From positions 30,690,001 to 30,754,000 of the forward strand of contig OZ360250.1 of the NCBI GenBank assembly GCA_977017645.1: a DNA stretch of 64,000 nucleotides, read 5' to 3'. The notes below the pieces were generated by a model that did no database searches, was not told the origin of the DNA, and worked only from the letters and a program-made list of their open reading frames with translations. The position numbers and the translations under genes were made by a program. The stretch comes from Torpedo marmorata (lineage: Eukaryota). Position 1 is the first letter of the stretch. Every line of letters starts with the position of its first letter. Shown in pieces: positions 38,413 through 50,494 of the stretch.

Positions 38413-38512
38413 GGGCCGCCTCGGACTGGGCTACGGCGAAGTGCAGCATGTCCTCGTACTTGAATTGATAAGCTTGCAAGCATTTAGCGCGGGGCCCTTG
38501 AAAATATGTGGC
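38413..38512 (-). repeat. Inverted copy of 37698-37796, including about 49 nt of RAPSN (KYEDMLHFAVAQSEAA)
   Basis: Reverse complement matches apart from 2 substitutions and a 1-nt indel, all in the non-RAPSN half. Confidence 0.95.
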
Positions 38513-39449
38513 ACCCGCTCCTCCTCCCCCCCCCCGCTGAGTGAGTTCTCGAACGGCAGTTTGTGCCCCCCCGCGATTACCCTAATGCCCCCCTATTAGA
38601 TCTCTTCTGACGCTGACTCTGCTATGCAAGTAAAAGATTTATGTGTTTTAATATTTATGTGTATTTTTATAATTTAGGGCCCCTTTATAACATATTCTAC
38701 AGGCCCCACACTAGCTTAATCCGGCCCTGCCCAGAGATCCTCACGGCTGTTTCCCTGATCCTCTGTGTTGACTTCTTTCCGATGCTTTGCTGCTACCGTC
38801 CCACGCAATGATGCAGCCAGACAGGACACTCTCAAATGTGCTCCTGTAAAATGTTGTCAAGATGGGGGCCGGTAGCCTTGCCCTCCTCAACCTCCTTAGG
38901 AAGTGGAGGCGCTGCTTTGCCTTCCTGACTAACGAGGAGGTGTTGTGGGTCCAGGCTAGGGTCGTCCTTTATGTGCACACCAAGGAACTTTGTGCTCTCC
39001 ATGACGGAACCATAGAGTGGTCGACCTTCATCCTCCTGAAGTCCACAATCATCTCCTGTGTGCAGAATGGAAACAGGCTATTCAGCCCCGAGTGAAGCAC
39101 TCATTAACTCTTATTTCCCCCACCACATTCCCATCACCTCACCCTAAGTTCTACCGCTCACCTGCACACCAGTGACAATTTACAGTGGACCATTTACCAA
39201 CCAGCCCACATGCTCTTTAATGTTCCATTAACACGCATTAATACATTTTAAATTGTGAAATACTCATCAAGATCTTGTATTAATTGACTTACTAGATCCA
39301 TTGAAGCTGACAACCAATGATGGTTTTGCAATCATCGAATGCAACTTTGCAAGCAAAACCACACTCTGTCAGAACATCACACAGCAGCCAGCCTCTATCA
39401 CAGTACACAAGAGTGCTGAAGAAACTCAGCGCGTCACACAGCATCCATA

Positions 39450-40050
39450 GATTCAAGATTATTTTACTGTCATGTAATAAAACAGAAAATGTGATATGAC
39501 ACGAAATTTCCTTTAGTCTACCGTAAGGCAGACAACAATTCACTATCAGCACAAATTGCCCGGCGCCCCTTACAGTCAGAGAAAGAGAAGCAAATGTGAG
39601 TCCCCCCAGAGACACTGAGTGTCCGTGGATTCGCAGCCACACAGCCTTCAGTCCAAACCATCAGCAACACGAGCTCCAGATTCACACCTCAGGAAGCATC
39701 CAGCACCCTTTCTCATCCCGGTTCCAATACCTGGTACCCCTTCAGCCAGTCTCCAGCAGTCTGAAGTCTGGTGTGAGTCCTTGATCGCAGTCGCCAGCAG
39801 CCCGCATCCTACGTGGGTACCTCGCCTCGAGTCACCTTCAGCCTCAGACCCCCTCACTGGTGCGCCGCCGTGATCACTGTACCATGCCTCGTCTCCTCTG
39901 CTTCTCCTTCTCAAACGGGGATGGCCGTTGGACTGGGCGGTTGGACCCTGCGGGGGAGCGCTGAGACTTCGCTCCCCGCTCTCCACAGATCCGCGCCAGC
40001 GGAAGCGCTTCCGTTACAGCAGCTCCGGCAGCGCCACAATTTTCATTATA
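39450..40050 (-). mobile_element. Non-coding retroposon (family of 35590-36515), internally deleted
   Basis: Shared tail, CAGTCAGAGAAAGAGAAGC block and GCTCCGGCAGCGCC 5' block. Confidence 0.8.
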
Positions 40051-40687
40051 GGAAATAAAATTCAGTCAGGCTCGAAACGTCAACTGCCTTTTACTTCCGT
40101 TGGATGCTGCGTGACCTGCTGAGCTATTCCAGCAGCTTTGTGCACTGCCCTAGACCCCACCCAGCATGTGCTGATTTTCTTGTTCACTGCCACTTAACAC
40201 AGGCAGACTGAAAACTGATCGATGCATTTTTACCAATGGCATTTGGTTCCTCTGAGTGTGTGCTGCAAAGAAATCTGAGAGAGCCTTGCAAGTATACAGA
40301 TTTGAGGATTGAGTATAATCAATTCCTGCCAGTGTAAACAGCTATTTATTATCAATACCTAATGTGGCTTTGAACACCTCCATGAAGCCCCCACTTTATC
40401 ATCTCTTCCATACACGAAGAGCAGTCTAATGCTTCATTGGAGCCTTTCCCCACAGCTGAAAGCCTGCAACGCTTATAATTTCAATAATTTGTTTTCCTCT
40501 TCCATCTGCACCCCTGGTTTTAAGGAAAATATGCACACACAAGCAATGCTGTGACAAATGTGCATGCATTATTTTTTCCAATAATGCCAGAGGTATTACC
40601 AAACAAGATTCTTTTCTCTTGCTTAATAAAACAAGATGGGTCACCTTCTGTTTAAATTAATTGTTAACTCCAGATGGTACTCCAGAT

Positions 40688-41643
40688 GAAACAACGTCTC
40701 CTCCTCACTGATTATCAACACAGGCGCACCCCAAGGATGCATGCTTAGTTCACTGCTCTACTGTGTGGCCAGGCACAATTCCAATGCCATCTACAAGTTT
40801 GCCGATGACACCACAGTTGTCGGCAGAATCACAAACGGCAATGAGGAAGCGTACAGGAGGGAGATAGATCAGCTCGTTGAATGGTCTAATGGTAACAACC
40901 TTGAGCTCAACGTCAGCAAAACCAAGGAGATGATTGTGGACTTCAGGAGGAAGTCAGGGGAACACGACCCAGTCCTCATCGAGGACGCAGTAGTGGAGAG
41001 GGTCAAGAACTTCAAATTCCTGGGTGTCAACATCTCCGAGGATCTGTCCTGGAGCATCCACGTTGATGCAATCACAAAGAAGGCTCGTCAGCGGCTATAC
41101 TTTGTGAGGTGTCTTCGGAGATTCGGTATGTCACCGAAGACTCTCGTAAACTTCTACAGGTGTACCGTGGAGAGCATTCTGGCTGGTTGCATCACTGCCT
41201 GGTATGGAGGCACCAACTGCCAGGACAAGAGTAAACTCCAGAGGGTTGTTAACTCGGCCTGTGACATCACAGGCACCAAACTTCACTCCATCAAGGACAT
41301 CTACATGAGGCGGTGTCTTAAAAAAGCAGCCTCTATCCTCAAAGACCCCCATCACCCAGGCCATGCCCTCTTCACTCTGCTTCCATCGGGAAAAAGGTAC
41401 AGGAGCCTAAAGACGAGCACTCAACGGCACAAGGACAGATTCTTCCCCGCTGCCATCAGATTCCTGAATAATCAATGAACCAAAGACACTGCCTTACTTT
41501 TCGTGCACTATTGTTTATAATTTTTTATTATAATGTCGTAAGATGGTTAATATGAATGTTAATTGCACTATGACGCTGCCGCAAAACACCGAATTTCATG
41601 ACTTGTTCATGACAATAAATTCTGATTCTGAATTCTGATTCTG
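40688..41643 (+). mobile_element. Young 5'-truncated Rex1/Babar LINE; 245-aa open RT C-terminal frame (40741-41478)
   Basis: YKFADDTTVVG...KKARQRLYFVRCLRRFG...HHPGHALFTLLPSGKRYRS. (ATTCTG)n tail. Confidence 0.95.
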
Positions 41644-41921
41644 ACAATGTATAGCTTAAAGTCAAATGGTCCAAACGCTCAGGCGTGTTGTTCAGAGAAC
41701 AACAGTTTCATTTTGGTATGCAACACCTGGCCTAGCAGCTGGAAGGATACAAGAGAGAACTCTGCCTTCCTTCAAAAACAATTAATTTTCTGCTTTGGTT
41801 GGACTCGCTGTACATATTTAGAGAGTTGTACAGAAATCGACCCTTTGTCCCTCTGTACATATCCAATTCACCTGCATTAGGCCTGTATCCTTCTGTCTTG
41901 CCTGGTTGTGCATGTCGAATA

Positions 41922-42129
41922 GAGTAAAACCCCTGGTATCCACCACCTATGAGGATTGGTAGATGCCGGATAAGTGAATTTTCCCGTTGCTTGAGATTGA
42001 CATGCTGCGTTGATTGGCGAACTAACGGTGAGGCGTGCCAATTTTAAATTTGTGTATTTTTTTACCTATTTATTTTTGGCAATCTTTTTTTGTCGGTTGC
42101 TTGAATTCTGGATAACAAGAGTTTTACTG
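41922..42129. mobile_element. Tigger-like MITE
   Basis: TA|GAGTAAAACCCCTGGTATCC ... GGATAACAAGAGTTTTACTG|TA. Confidence 0.8.
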
Positions 42130-42884
42130 TATAGTGATTGTATCAAATTCCACCACCAGCTCTGGCAACACATTCCAGATACCAATTACTCTGTACAAGG
42201 CTTTCGCTTCAGATTTCCTGTCATACTCCCTCTCCTCACCTTTTGTTTTTGGTACCCCTACTTCTCTCCATGCCTCTGTCATGAGGTTACCCCCTCAGCT
42301 TCCTTTGCTCCAGGGAATCAAACCCTGCCTATCATATCTCTCCCCAAAACTGAAATGCCCCATCCACACCACATGCTGTTGAAGCTCCTCCAGGCACTCC
42401 CCAGACACAACCACATCCTTTCTACCGTGTGGCAATCAGAACTGCACACAATACTTGAAGAGCAGTCTGACCAGTGTTGGCCATGTTCTCGCTCCATTCA
42501 CCCATCAGTTCTCTGTGGGATCTCAGTTCACCTGCTCCTTGGACCATTGCACCTTTGTTTCTTGGTTCTGATTCCTTTATGATCACGCCACTTCCTATCA
42601 TTGTTCTGCTCCAACCTCGAACCAGGAGAACTTTGTTATTTTTGCCCTGTATTCATTCCTGCTGCTCATTGCGAGAGAACGGTGAGCCTGTCTTCAAGGA
42701 GCTCAGCCCATTTTTTTTGCAATTCCTCCCTGACCTCCTGTCTCCATGAAGATCAACTGTGGATCACTTGTCCTTGCATCACTTCTTTTGGTTCATTATA
42801 AACATTTAAAGACCTCGTAAAAACCTTGGAAAATCTGCCACGGGGTTGCGTCGCTAGATGTAAGAATGACCAGGGATCCAGGAC

Positions 42885-43150
42885 GAGCCGTCAAGGTTAA
42901 AAGAAACGCAGCAAGACATTTGGGATGGAGATATGGTTTGAGTCCTCAATAAGAGTGGTGAACCTGTGGAATTCTCTGCATTTAAAGCCAAGTCATTAAC
43001 TATATTCAACGATTAGATACTGTATTCAGGGATATAGGAATCAAGGGATAAGGCAAGAAAGCTGGAACAGAATAGTGAATTTGTATCATTGACCATGATC
43101 CTATTAAATGGCAGAACAGGCTCAAGCAGCCAAATTGTCTATTTTCTGTT
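42885..43150 (+). mobile_element. Old CR1 3' fragment
   Basis: AGAGTGGTGAACCTGTGGAATTCTCT (RVVNLWNS) and a CR1-type 3'UTR. Confidence 0.6.
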
Positions 43151-43160
43151 TTATTAGTTA

Positions 43161-43773
43161 CACTGGACAACGAAGATTTACTTCCTGAACACTTTTGGGT
43201 TTTTTTTAATGGATTTTGGGCTGCTGATCATGAAAATCACCTTAAAATGTTCCTATCATGTACCGCTTTTTAGATATAACCTATTTTTGTGATTTCCTGT
43301 CATATTTTGTCTACTTCAAGCATACAAAACCATGAAGTGTAACATGTCATTGAAAATTCATTTTCTGCATTCGCACTTGGACTTCTTCCCTGCTGATCTT
43401 GGTGCAGTCAGTGACAAACATGGTGAAAAGGTTTCACCAGGACATTGTGACCACAGAAAAGCGGTATCAGGGCAACTGGAATCCATCAATACTGGCTGAC
43501 TATTGTTGGACACTGACACAAGAGGCATCAGATGCTGAGTACAAACGAAAATTAGCGGCAAAACATTTTTAGGTCAGTTGAACTAACGCAATGTGTCAGC
43601 ATGATTATGCGATTAAACATGCTAAATTCAATAAAAGTTAATTTAATGTTTCTCCAACTTCCTACGTGATACAGAAAATCTGAAATTATCTTTGTGTTCA
43701 GCTTGAAGTTGTCTATCATAATCCCCTTTTTCTTTCAGGAAGCAAACCATTTGAAAAATATTGTTGTCCAGTA
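43161..43773 (+). mobile_element. Internally deleted Chapaev3-like (CMC) DNA transposon with a transposase C-terminal remnant
   Basis: TTA|CACTGGACAAC...TTGTCCAGTA|TTA gives a 3-bp TTA TSD. From 43344 it reads MSLKIHFLHSHLDFFPADLGAVSDKHGE/RFHQDIVTTEKRYQGNWNPSILADYCWTL (one frameshift). Confidence 0.8.
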
Positions 43774-44296
43774 TTATTGTTGACCTCTTGTTGGTCAATT
43801 TCGGACAACCCTATGTAAATTCAAGGTTTTTTCAACCATCATTACTCTCATGCCCCAATGCGGATTCATCAACCTATTATATTAACTTTGTTTCTCTCTA
43901 CGCAGATGCTGCCTGACCCGTCGAGTCTTCCTCGCTTTTTCTGTTTTTATTTCTGATTTCCAGCGTCTGCAGATGTTTTCTTATTTGCTTCACAATGGCA
44001 TTAATGTCTTCCCATTAATATTGTTCCTGTGTTTGCCACAGTGAGTGGATTAATTTTTCACCCCTGCCTTCGTAATGATGCATCACTTAATTATTCTCAG
44101 CAAGCCTTTGGGCGATTGTACAGTGGCCCATTATTTTCAAAATGTAATTTGCATTTCCCTTCAAGATGTGGTCAATGACAAAAAAAAAGATAAATTAGGT
44201 TCAATGCTGGAGAGAGTTTGTATCGCAAAATCTGTGAAAATATCCATGCAACCAACCTGCAGTTGGAAATGCATGAATTTGCACAACCTCTATATT

Positions 44297-44822
44297 GCTA
44301 TACTTGGTGAGGAGATTGAGGAGATTCGGTATGTCACCGAAGACTCTCGAAAACTTCTACAGGTGTACCGTGGAGAGCATTCTGGCCGGTTGCATCACTG
44401 TCTGGTATGGAAGCCCCAACGCTCAGGACAAAAAAAACTCCAGAGAGTTGTTAACTTGGCCTGCAACGTCACGGGCAACAGTCTTCACTCCATCGAGGAC
44501 ATCTACAAGAGGCACTGTCTTAAAAAAGCAGCCTCTATCCTCAAGGACCCCCACCACCCAGGCCATGCCCTCTTCACTCTGCTTCCATCGGGAAAAAGGT
44601 ACAGGAGCCTGAAGACGAGCACTCAGCGGCACAAGGACAGCTTCTTCCCCGCTGCCATCAGATTCCTGAATGAACAATGAACCAAAGACACTGCCTTACT
44701 TTGACTTCTTCTTGCACTATTTTTATTTATTTTGTAAGGTGGTTTCTATAAATATTCGCAATGTGATGCCACCGCATCGCAACAAATTTTGTGACATGTT
44801 CATGACAATAAATTCTGATTTT
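44297..44822 (+). mobile_element. Rex1/Babar LINE 3' fragment
   Basis: LYLVRRLRRFGMSPKTLENFYRCTVESIL...HHPGHALFTLLPSGKRYRS. AATAAATTCTGA tail. Confidence 0.92.
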
Positions 44823-45682
44823 GAAGGACGGTAGACAAAGCATTGAAGGTGATTGCTCCACCATCATTGAGCAGGCCACAACAGTAGAGCTCCCATGTAG
44901 AGCCGTGTGTCAGTGGAGGCACAAAGAAAACTGAAGGAAAGTTTGGGGGGGAAATAACAATCCAGTGACTAATTTGTTCAAAGCTTGGCTCACAAGAAAC
45001 TGTAATCATCTGTTTTATTTACAGGCTGTAAAAGTTCTCAATGCTACAGTAATTAGGTGGCTGATCAATTAGCCTTTTTTTTGTTCTGAACTTTCCTTGC
45101 AATCATAAAATTAATGCAACCCTGTTTTACGAGTCCCGATGGATTCGAAAATCTCCCAAACTGATCCTTTGCATGCAATGGAAATTGCAGTCGACCTGTA
45201 GTGTTTGACTGACCAAATGCAGTCCTTTGTGGGGTTTTTTTTGCGGAGAGGCAGATGGTTCAGGTGGAATTGTAGAGCAGTGAGGACCAAGGCATCGTCT
45301 CCTGCCATTTCTCTTTGACCATCTGTTCACTGAGTGCAAGAAAATCTTCACATTCTTTTGGAAACAAAATGGGCATTGGCACGTCACGGGAGGTGACTGC
45401 ACAGATGGGAGGTTTAACGTGAATGAAGGAAAGTGGGCAGTAGGGAATGGACAACTCCGTCGGTGGTGATCAAAAGAATAAGAATTACAAAGCTGGAGAA
45501 ATAGCTCTTGCTCAAGTGCCAGCAAACAGATGCACTCAGCTGGATAAACGTAAAACTTCGACGTTCCCTTTGAACATCCTTGGGACTGTGGTAGTGCTGG
45601 ACTTGGAGATTTTTTTGGACTACCAGATGTCACTTGTATTAATACCCCAACATACTTTTAAATCATGCTTTTTGGGATGTTA

Positions 45683-45886
45683 CAGTAAAACCCCTGTTAT
45701 CCGGAATTCAAGTAGCCTCAAGCAACCGGCAAAAAAATTGCGGAAAATAAATAGGTAAAAAAAACAGAAGTTTCAAATTGGCGCGCCTCGCCATTAGTTC
45801 GCAAATCACGCAACACGCAATCTCAAGCAACTGGAAAATTTACTTATCCAACATCTACCAGTTGCCGGATACCAGGGGTTTTACTG
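45683..45886. mobile_element. Tigger-like MITE (opposite orientation to 41922)
   Basis: CAGTAAAACCCCTGTTATCCGG ... CCGGATACCAGGGGTTTTACTG. Confidence 0.85.
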
Positions 45887-46927
45887 CATATAGTAATATA
45901 ATAAATTTTCCAGGGAACCACATGGGTTCAAAGACTGCGTGGAACGAGCAGCCAGAGGAAGTGTTAGAAGCCGGGACAATTGTAACGTTTCAAAGACATT
46001 TAGTCAGGTACGTGGATAGGAAAAGTTGAGAGGGATGTGGGCAGAAAACAAACAGGCAAATGGGACGAGCTTGAGTAGGACCGAGGGTTTGGTTTCTATG
46101 CTGTAAAACCCCATGACTTTGTCTTGCAAGAGGTAACAAACAGCTGCTTGATTGGATTAGATGCACTGACTTTCCCTCTGCAGTAATGATATGGGTGACC
46201 ACCCAGTGCAGACTAATCCCTGATCTATGTTCTGACCTTCTTATGAAGAATAACCTCAACACAATTCTTATCACCCATTGCAGTAACTTTCACTGCATAC
46301 AAAACCTAACACAACATCAGAGGCTAATGGAACTCGGATAAGTAAAGCTTCAGACTTTTATATTTATGCGGGGCTGTCAGTCAACAAAAATAAATACAAT
46401 GGCAATTGTAACCTGTTGATCTTGGCTTTTAACACACTTATAATTGCTAGGATTGTTGCAAAATCCATATCAATTTTATTTTAATAATAACATTTCCAAA
46501 ATAAATGCAAGTCAGCATTAATTCCCTTTTTAAATGTTCTTACTTCAGGAGAGCATTGTAAAATTAACTTCGTTCAGGAATCTATCTACTTAGAGGGGCA
46601 GAGCTGTAGGATTCAAATGGGTTTTGAGTCCACTGTTGTTGAAGAGGTTGATTGCGAACAATAGAACCCCGAGACTTTGGCTTGACTTGATGCCAAGCGG
46701 GTTAGTGGAGATCTCATAAACGCACTTGGAAATCTGAAGACTTTTGAAAAAGGAGAGACCATTTCGACTTGCAAGTCTTCAGTTTCCAGAGACGTTGCCT
46801 CTGGATCAGTGACAAAAGTAAGACAGAGACAGCGGGTTGTGATTGGGAAAGGCCGACTGAAAGGAGAACTCAGTAGAGGCATTCAGAACGGAATTGGATG
46901 TATCGTGAGAGGGATAGACTGCAGGTT

Positions 46928-47312
46928 AGTTCAAGTTCAAATTTATTGTCGGAGTGCATACATGACATCACATACAACCCTGAGATTCTTTTTCCTGCGG
47001 GCCAGCCAGAATTTCTACTTATCAGTAGTGTAAACTCTACTCAAGAGAAAAGATATGTATACAAAACAGAGAAATGTAAACAAAGAAAGAAATGTTAACA
47101 AACTGACTGTGCAAATACAGAAAAAAAAAATTCAGTAATAAAAAATGTGTAAAGTAAGGGTCCTTAAATGAGTCTCTGATTGAGTCTGCTGTTTAGGAGT
47201 CAGATGGTGGAGGGGTAGCAACTGTTCCTGAACCTGGTGGTGCGAGTCTTGTGGCACCTACACCTCTTTCCTGATGGCAGCAGCGAGAGCAGAGTGTGTG
47301 CTGGGTGGTGTT
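46928..47312 (-). mobile_element. Rex1/Babar 3' fragment (same subfamily as 22095)
   Basis: Colinear with 22100-22455. Confidence 0.85.
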
Positions 47313-47959
47313 GTTTAGTTGTGCCAATGTGTTCTACTCTTGCTCTTGCTCTGCAACACATTTTATTGAGGTCAATGAAATGAAGAAGAGGTTGAGTACA
47401 ATGCGCCGAGGGAACCGCCTGCTGCCCTTTCTGCTGTTACTACGGATGTATTCCTAAGCATCAGAATCCAGACTACTTCCCCTTGCCTAACCACCAACAT
47501 CTCAATGAAAATTAACCTCTCTCTTCCCTTCCCACTTCACCCTTCCCCGACCATCCCAGGGCAGGTTTTTCTCTTCATCGGCTGACAGCTGGCAGTCAGG
47601 TATAACGCTGTCTGGGCTCGCTAATGCAGTAGCTGCATTGCAGCCAGCTGTTTCCTTTGCATCTTAGGAGGAGGCCATTCAGCTCTGCCAGCTCACACAG
47701 CGATACATTCCCTGCCGATTTTCCCTGTGCCCACTTCTCCCTATTTCCCTTCCGCTCTCACCTAATTCCAACACTGATCTGAAATCTGAAATCTAAATGA
47801 AATGCTCTAACCCAGACATCATCCTGCTGAATCTCCTCTGCACCCTCTCCAATGGAAGTTTTCTCTCTAAACATCAGCATTCTATCAGTGCCAGGATGAA
47901 ATAAGTAAACCCTCCATTTGCTTTGTCTTGGAATTGACTTGGAGCAGCCTCACGGAGTA

Positions 47960-48218
47960 GGGTGTCACAGTTAGCATAGCGGTTAGAGCAATGCTATTAC
48001 AGCGCCAGCGACCTGGGTTCAAATCTGGTGCTGTAGATAAGGAGTTTTTATGCTCTCCCCTTGTCTGCATGGGTTTTCTCTGGATGCTCCGGTTTCGTCC
48101 CACCATCCAAAATATAGGGAGTTGTAGGTTAATTTGGGTTTTATTGGGCAGCACGGGTTTAAATGGCCGGAATCGACTTCTACCCTGCTGTAAATTAAAA
48201 AAAAATTAAAATTAAAAG
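47960..48218 (+). mobile_element. tRNA-derived SINE
   Basis: TAGCATAGCGG A-box, GGTTCAAATC B-box and the shared body. Confidence 0.85.
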
Positions 48219-48276
48219 TTAAGCAAGAATGTGAGATATTCTTAGAGCTTCACCTGGGATCCTATTTGGATGGGCA

Positions 48277-48834
48277 TTGGTGAGGCCTCACTTGGTGTAC
48301 GGGGTGCAGTTTTGGGCTCCTTATTTAAGAAAGGATGTGCTGTCATTGGAGAGGGTTCAGAGAAGATTCACAAGAATGATTCCTGGGTTGAAGGGATTAA
48401 CATATGAGGAATGTTTGACGGCTCATGGACTGTACTCCTTGGAGTTCAGAAGAATGAGGGGGAATCTCACAGAAGCATTTTGAATGTTGAAAGGCCTGGA
48501 CAGAGTAGATGTGGCAAAGTTGTTCCCCATGGTAGGGGAGCCTTGGACAAGAGGGCACAACTTCAGGATTGAAGGGCGCCCATTTAAAAAAGAGATGCAG
48601 TGGAACTTCTTTAGCCAGAGAGTGGTGAACCTCTGGAATTTGCTACCACGGGCGGCTGTGGAGGCCAGGTCGTTGGGTGTATTTAAGGCAGAGATTGATA
48701 GATATCTGAATAGTCAGGGCATCAAAGGTTATGGGGAGAAGGCTGAGTAGGAGAATGGATCAGCTCATGATGGAATGGCGGAGCAGACTTAACGGGCCAA
48801 ATGGCCTACTTCTGCTCCTATGTCTTATGGTCTA
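48277..48834 (+). mobile_element. CR1 3' fragment
   Basis: VRPHLVYGVQFWAPYLRKD...FFSQRVVNLWNLLP. CCTATGTCTTATGG tail. Confidence 0.92.
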
Positions 48835-49940
48835 ACGACACTTGGAGCCAGGATGCCACTGAGCCAACCAGGGATTTTTTGCTGAAAGGACAGATAATTT
48901 CCAAATGTAAATGGACCTTGCGTTGTACAAGGGCCACCGCAAAGATAGCCAAAAATCAGAAGTTAGAAATAAAACAGTTTTCTTGTAGTCAGCCAAAGAT
49001 AATGTTTCGATCATGTTTTGCATGAGGAGTGCATGAGCAATGACCCAGGGCGTTGCTTGCCAACAGTAATGTTGCAATGAGATATTGTTGAAATGTAAGA
49101 TTCTGAGTGAGGTTGAAAGGTTCGTCGGTGAAAGATGTTTCCCCAAACAAGTGAATTGGAACCAGCTGGCGTCATCTCAGGATGAAGATGCACACATTTC
49201 AGATAGAGATGAGGAGGAATTTCCTCTGGATGTTGTGAATCTTTGGAGATCTCTGTGCCATCCCATCTTGAATATATTCAATCTTGTATTTATACTACAT
49301 GGGAGCTGAGGGTACAGGGAAGCAAAGCCAAGGCCAAGATCAAACTCACCATGTTCCTATTGATAGTGGAGCAGGCTTGAAGGGGTGTGTGGCCTATTTC
49401 TTTTTCTTGTGTTTTTAACATTGTCCGCTATAATAATGCCATTGAACTATGAGCAAGGCCAGTAACATGGTAGTATATTTGGTTTCTTCATCATGAAATT
49501 GGTAGTGATGGAGTAAATCGCAAAGATGAGGCAATGAAGTCACATGCTAGATCCAATCATTGGGAACTTATTTTTGGTGCGAATTTATTTTAAAATGTAT
49601 CAGTTTATCTCACAGCTCCAAGTGGTGCATTTTAAGTCTGTTGTAACAACACAAAATGTGAAATTCAACTATCAGGTGGTATCTATGCAAAATTATTTAG
49701 CTAATATTTTGAGGAAGGGCTCAGGCCCAAAACGTTGGTTTTTATCTTTACCTCCTATGGACGCTGTGTGTCCTGTTGAGTTCCTCCAGCATTTCTGTGT
49801 TTTTACTACAATCACAGCGTCTGCAGACTTTCATGTTTCACCAGCGCATATTTCAGATCGATCTTTGCTCAAACAATCGTTGAATTATGGCTGAGATGGC
49901 TTGTAAAAGAATTGCTTGAGTAATCCCAATCAATGTGTTG

Positions 49941-50494
49941 TTTTTTTAAAAAATATTTTATTTAAAATTTTTAAATCACACAGTACATAGTTTAAAATGC
50001 AAATTTATCAGATTACATGTGATACATTTTCACCCCCCCTCCCTCCCTAACCCTCCCGAAAAGAAAGAAAGAAAGAAGAAAAAGATAAAGTAAGGAGAAT
50101 GTCACTCTAAAAAGAACAACTATAAACTAATTTTATTGTGGAACACAGGTTCGCCAGTCAGATCCAATATCTGGAGATCTTCAAATCCTTAAACCAACAG
50201 TTTTTATATATGGGCTCCATATTTTCAAAAATAAATGTTATTTATTATGTAAATTATAAGTAATTTTTTCAAGTGGTATACATGAACGAAGTTCTGCATG
50301 CCATCTTCTAACCCTAAATCTACATCAGATTTCCATGTAATAGCAACGCATTTCTTAGAAACAGCTAAAGGAATACGTAAAAATTCTATTTGATACATAT
50401 TTAATTTCATCTTAACACGAATTCTTTTAATATCTCCAAACAAAAATATCATAGGTTCCATTGGGAGTGTAATTCTTAATATTTTATCTAAAAA
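49941..50494 (-). mobile_element. 5'-truncated L1 (same family as 28793)
   Basis: FLDKILRITLPMEPMIFLFGDIK matches 34450-34760. Flanking direct repeat AATGTGTTG. Confidence 0.9.

Larger units (their letters stand above)
37655..38729. mobile_element. Non-autonomous hAT element carrying captured host sequence (Pack-type)
   Basis: TIR CAGTGTCGGATTAA / TTAATCCGGCCCTG. Perfect 8-bp TSD CCCAGAGA at 37647-37654 and 38730-38737. Subterminal GGGCCC motifs. No transposase. Confidence 0.92.
37530..39060 (-). mobile_element. Old Rex1/Babar fragment hosting the hAT insertion
   Basis: RAQRIIEDPFHPS lies left of the insertion. KAKQRLHFLRRLR and EMIVDFRR lie right of it. Confidence 0.75.

Noticed and set aside
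37709-38479. 256-aa minus-strand ORF
   Set aside because: It has a TTG start and is Pro/Gly/Arg-rich, as expected for stop-poor GC-rich DNA. Only the first ~16 rapsyn-like residues, from the inverted arm, are recognisable.
38462-38500. Vector or polylinker contamination (GATAAGCTTG, GGGCCC)
   Set aside because: The sequence is part of the element's inverted arm, has a diverged partner at 37710-37747, and the element has a genomic TSD.
40741-41478. Host gene with an ALKBH8-N/DUF1891-like domain
   Set aside because: This domain is the C-terminus of the Rex1/Babar RT and recurs in many truncated copies across the window.
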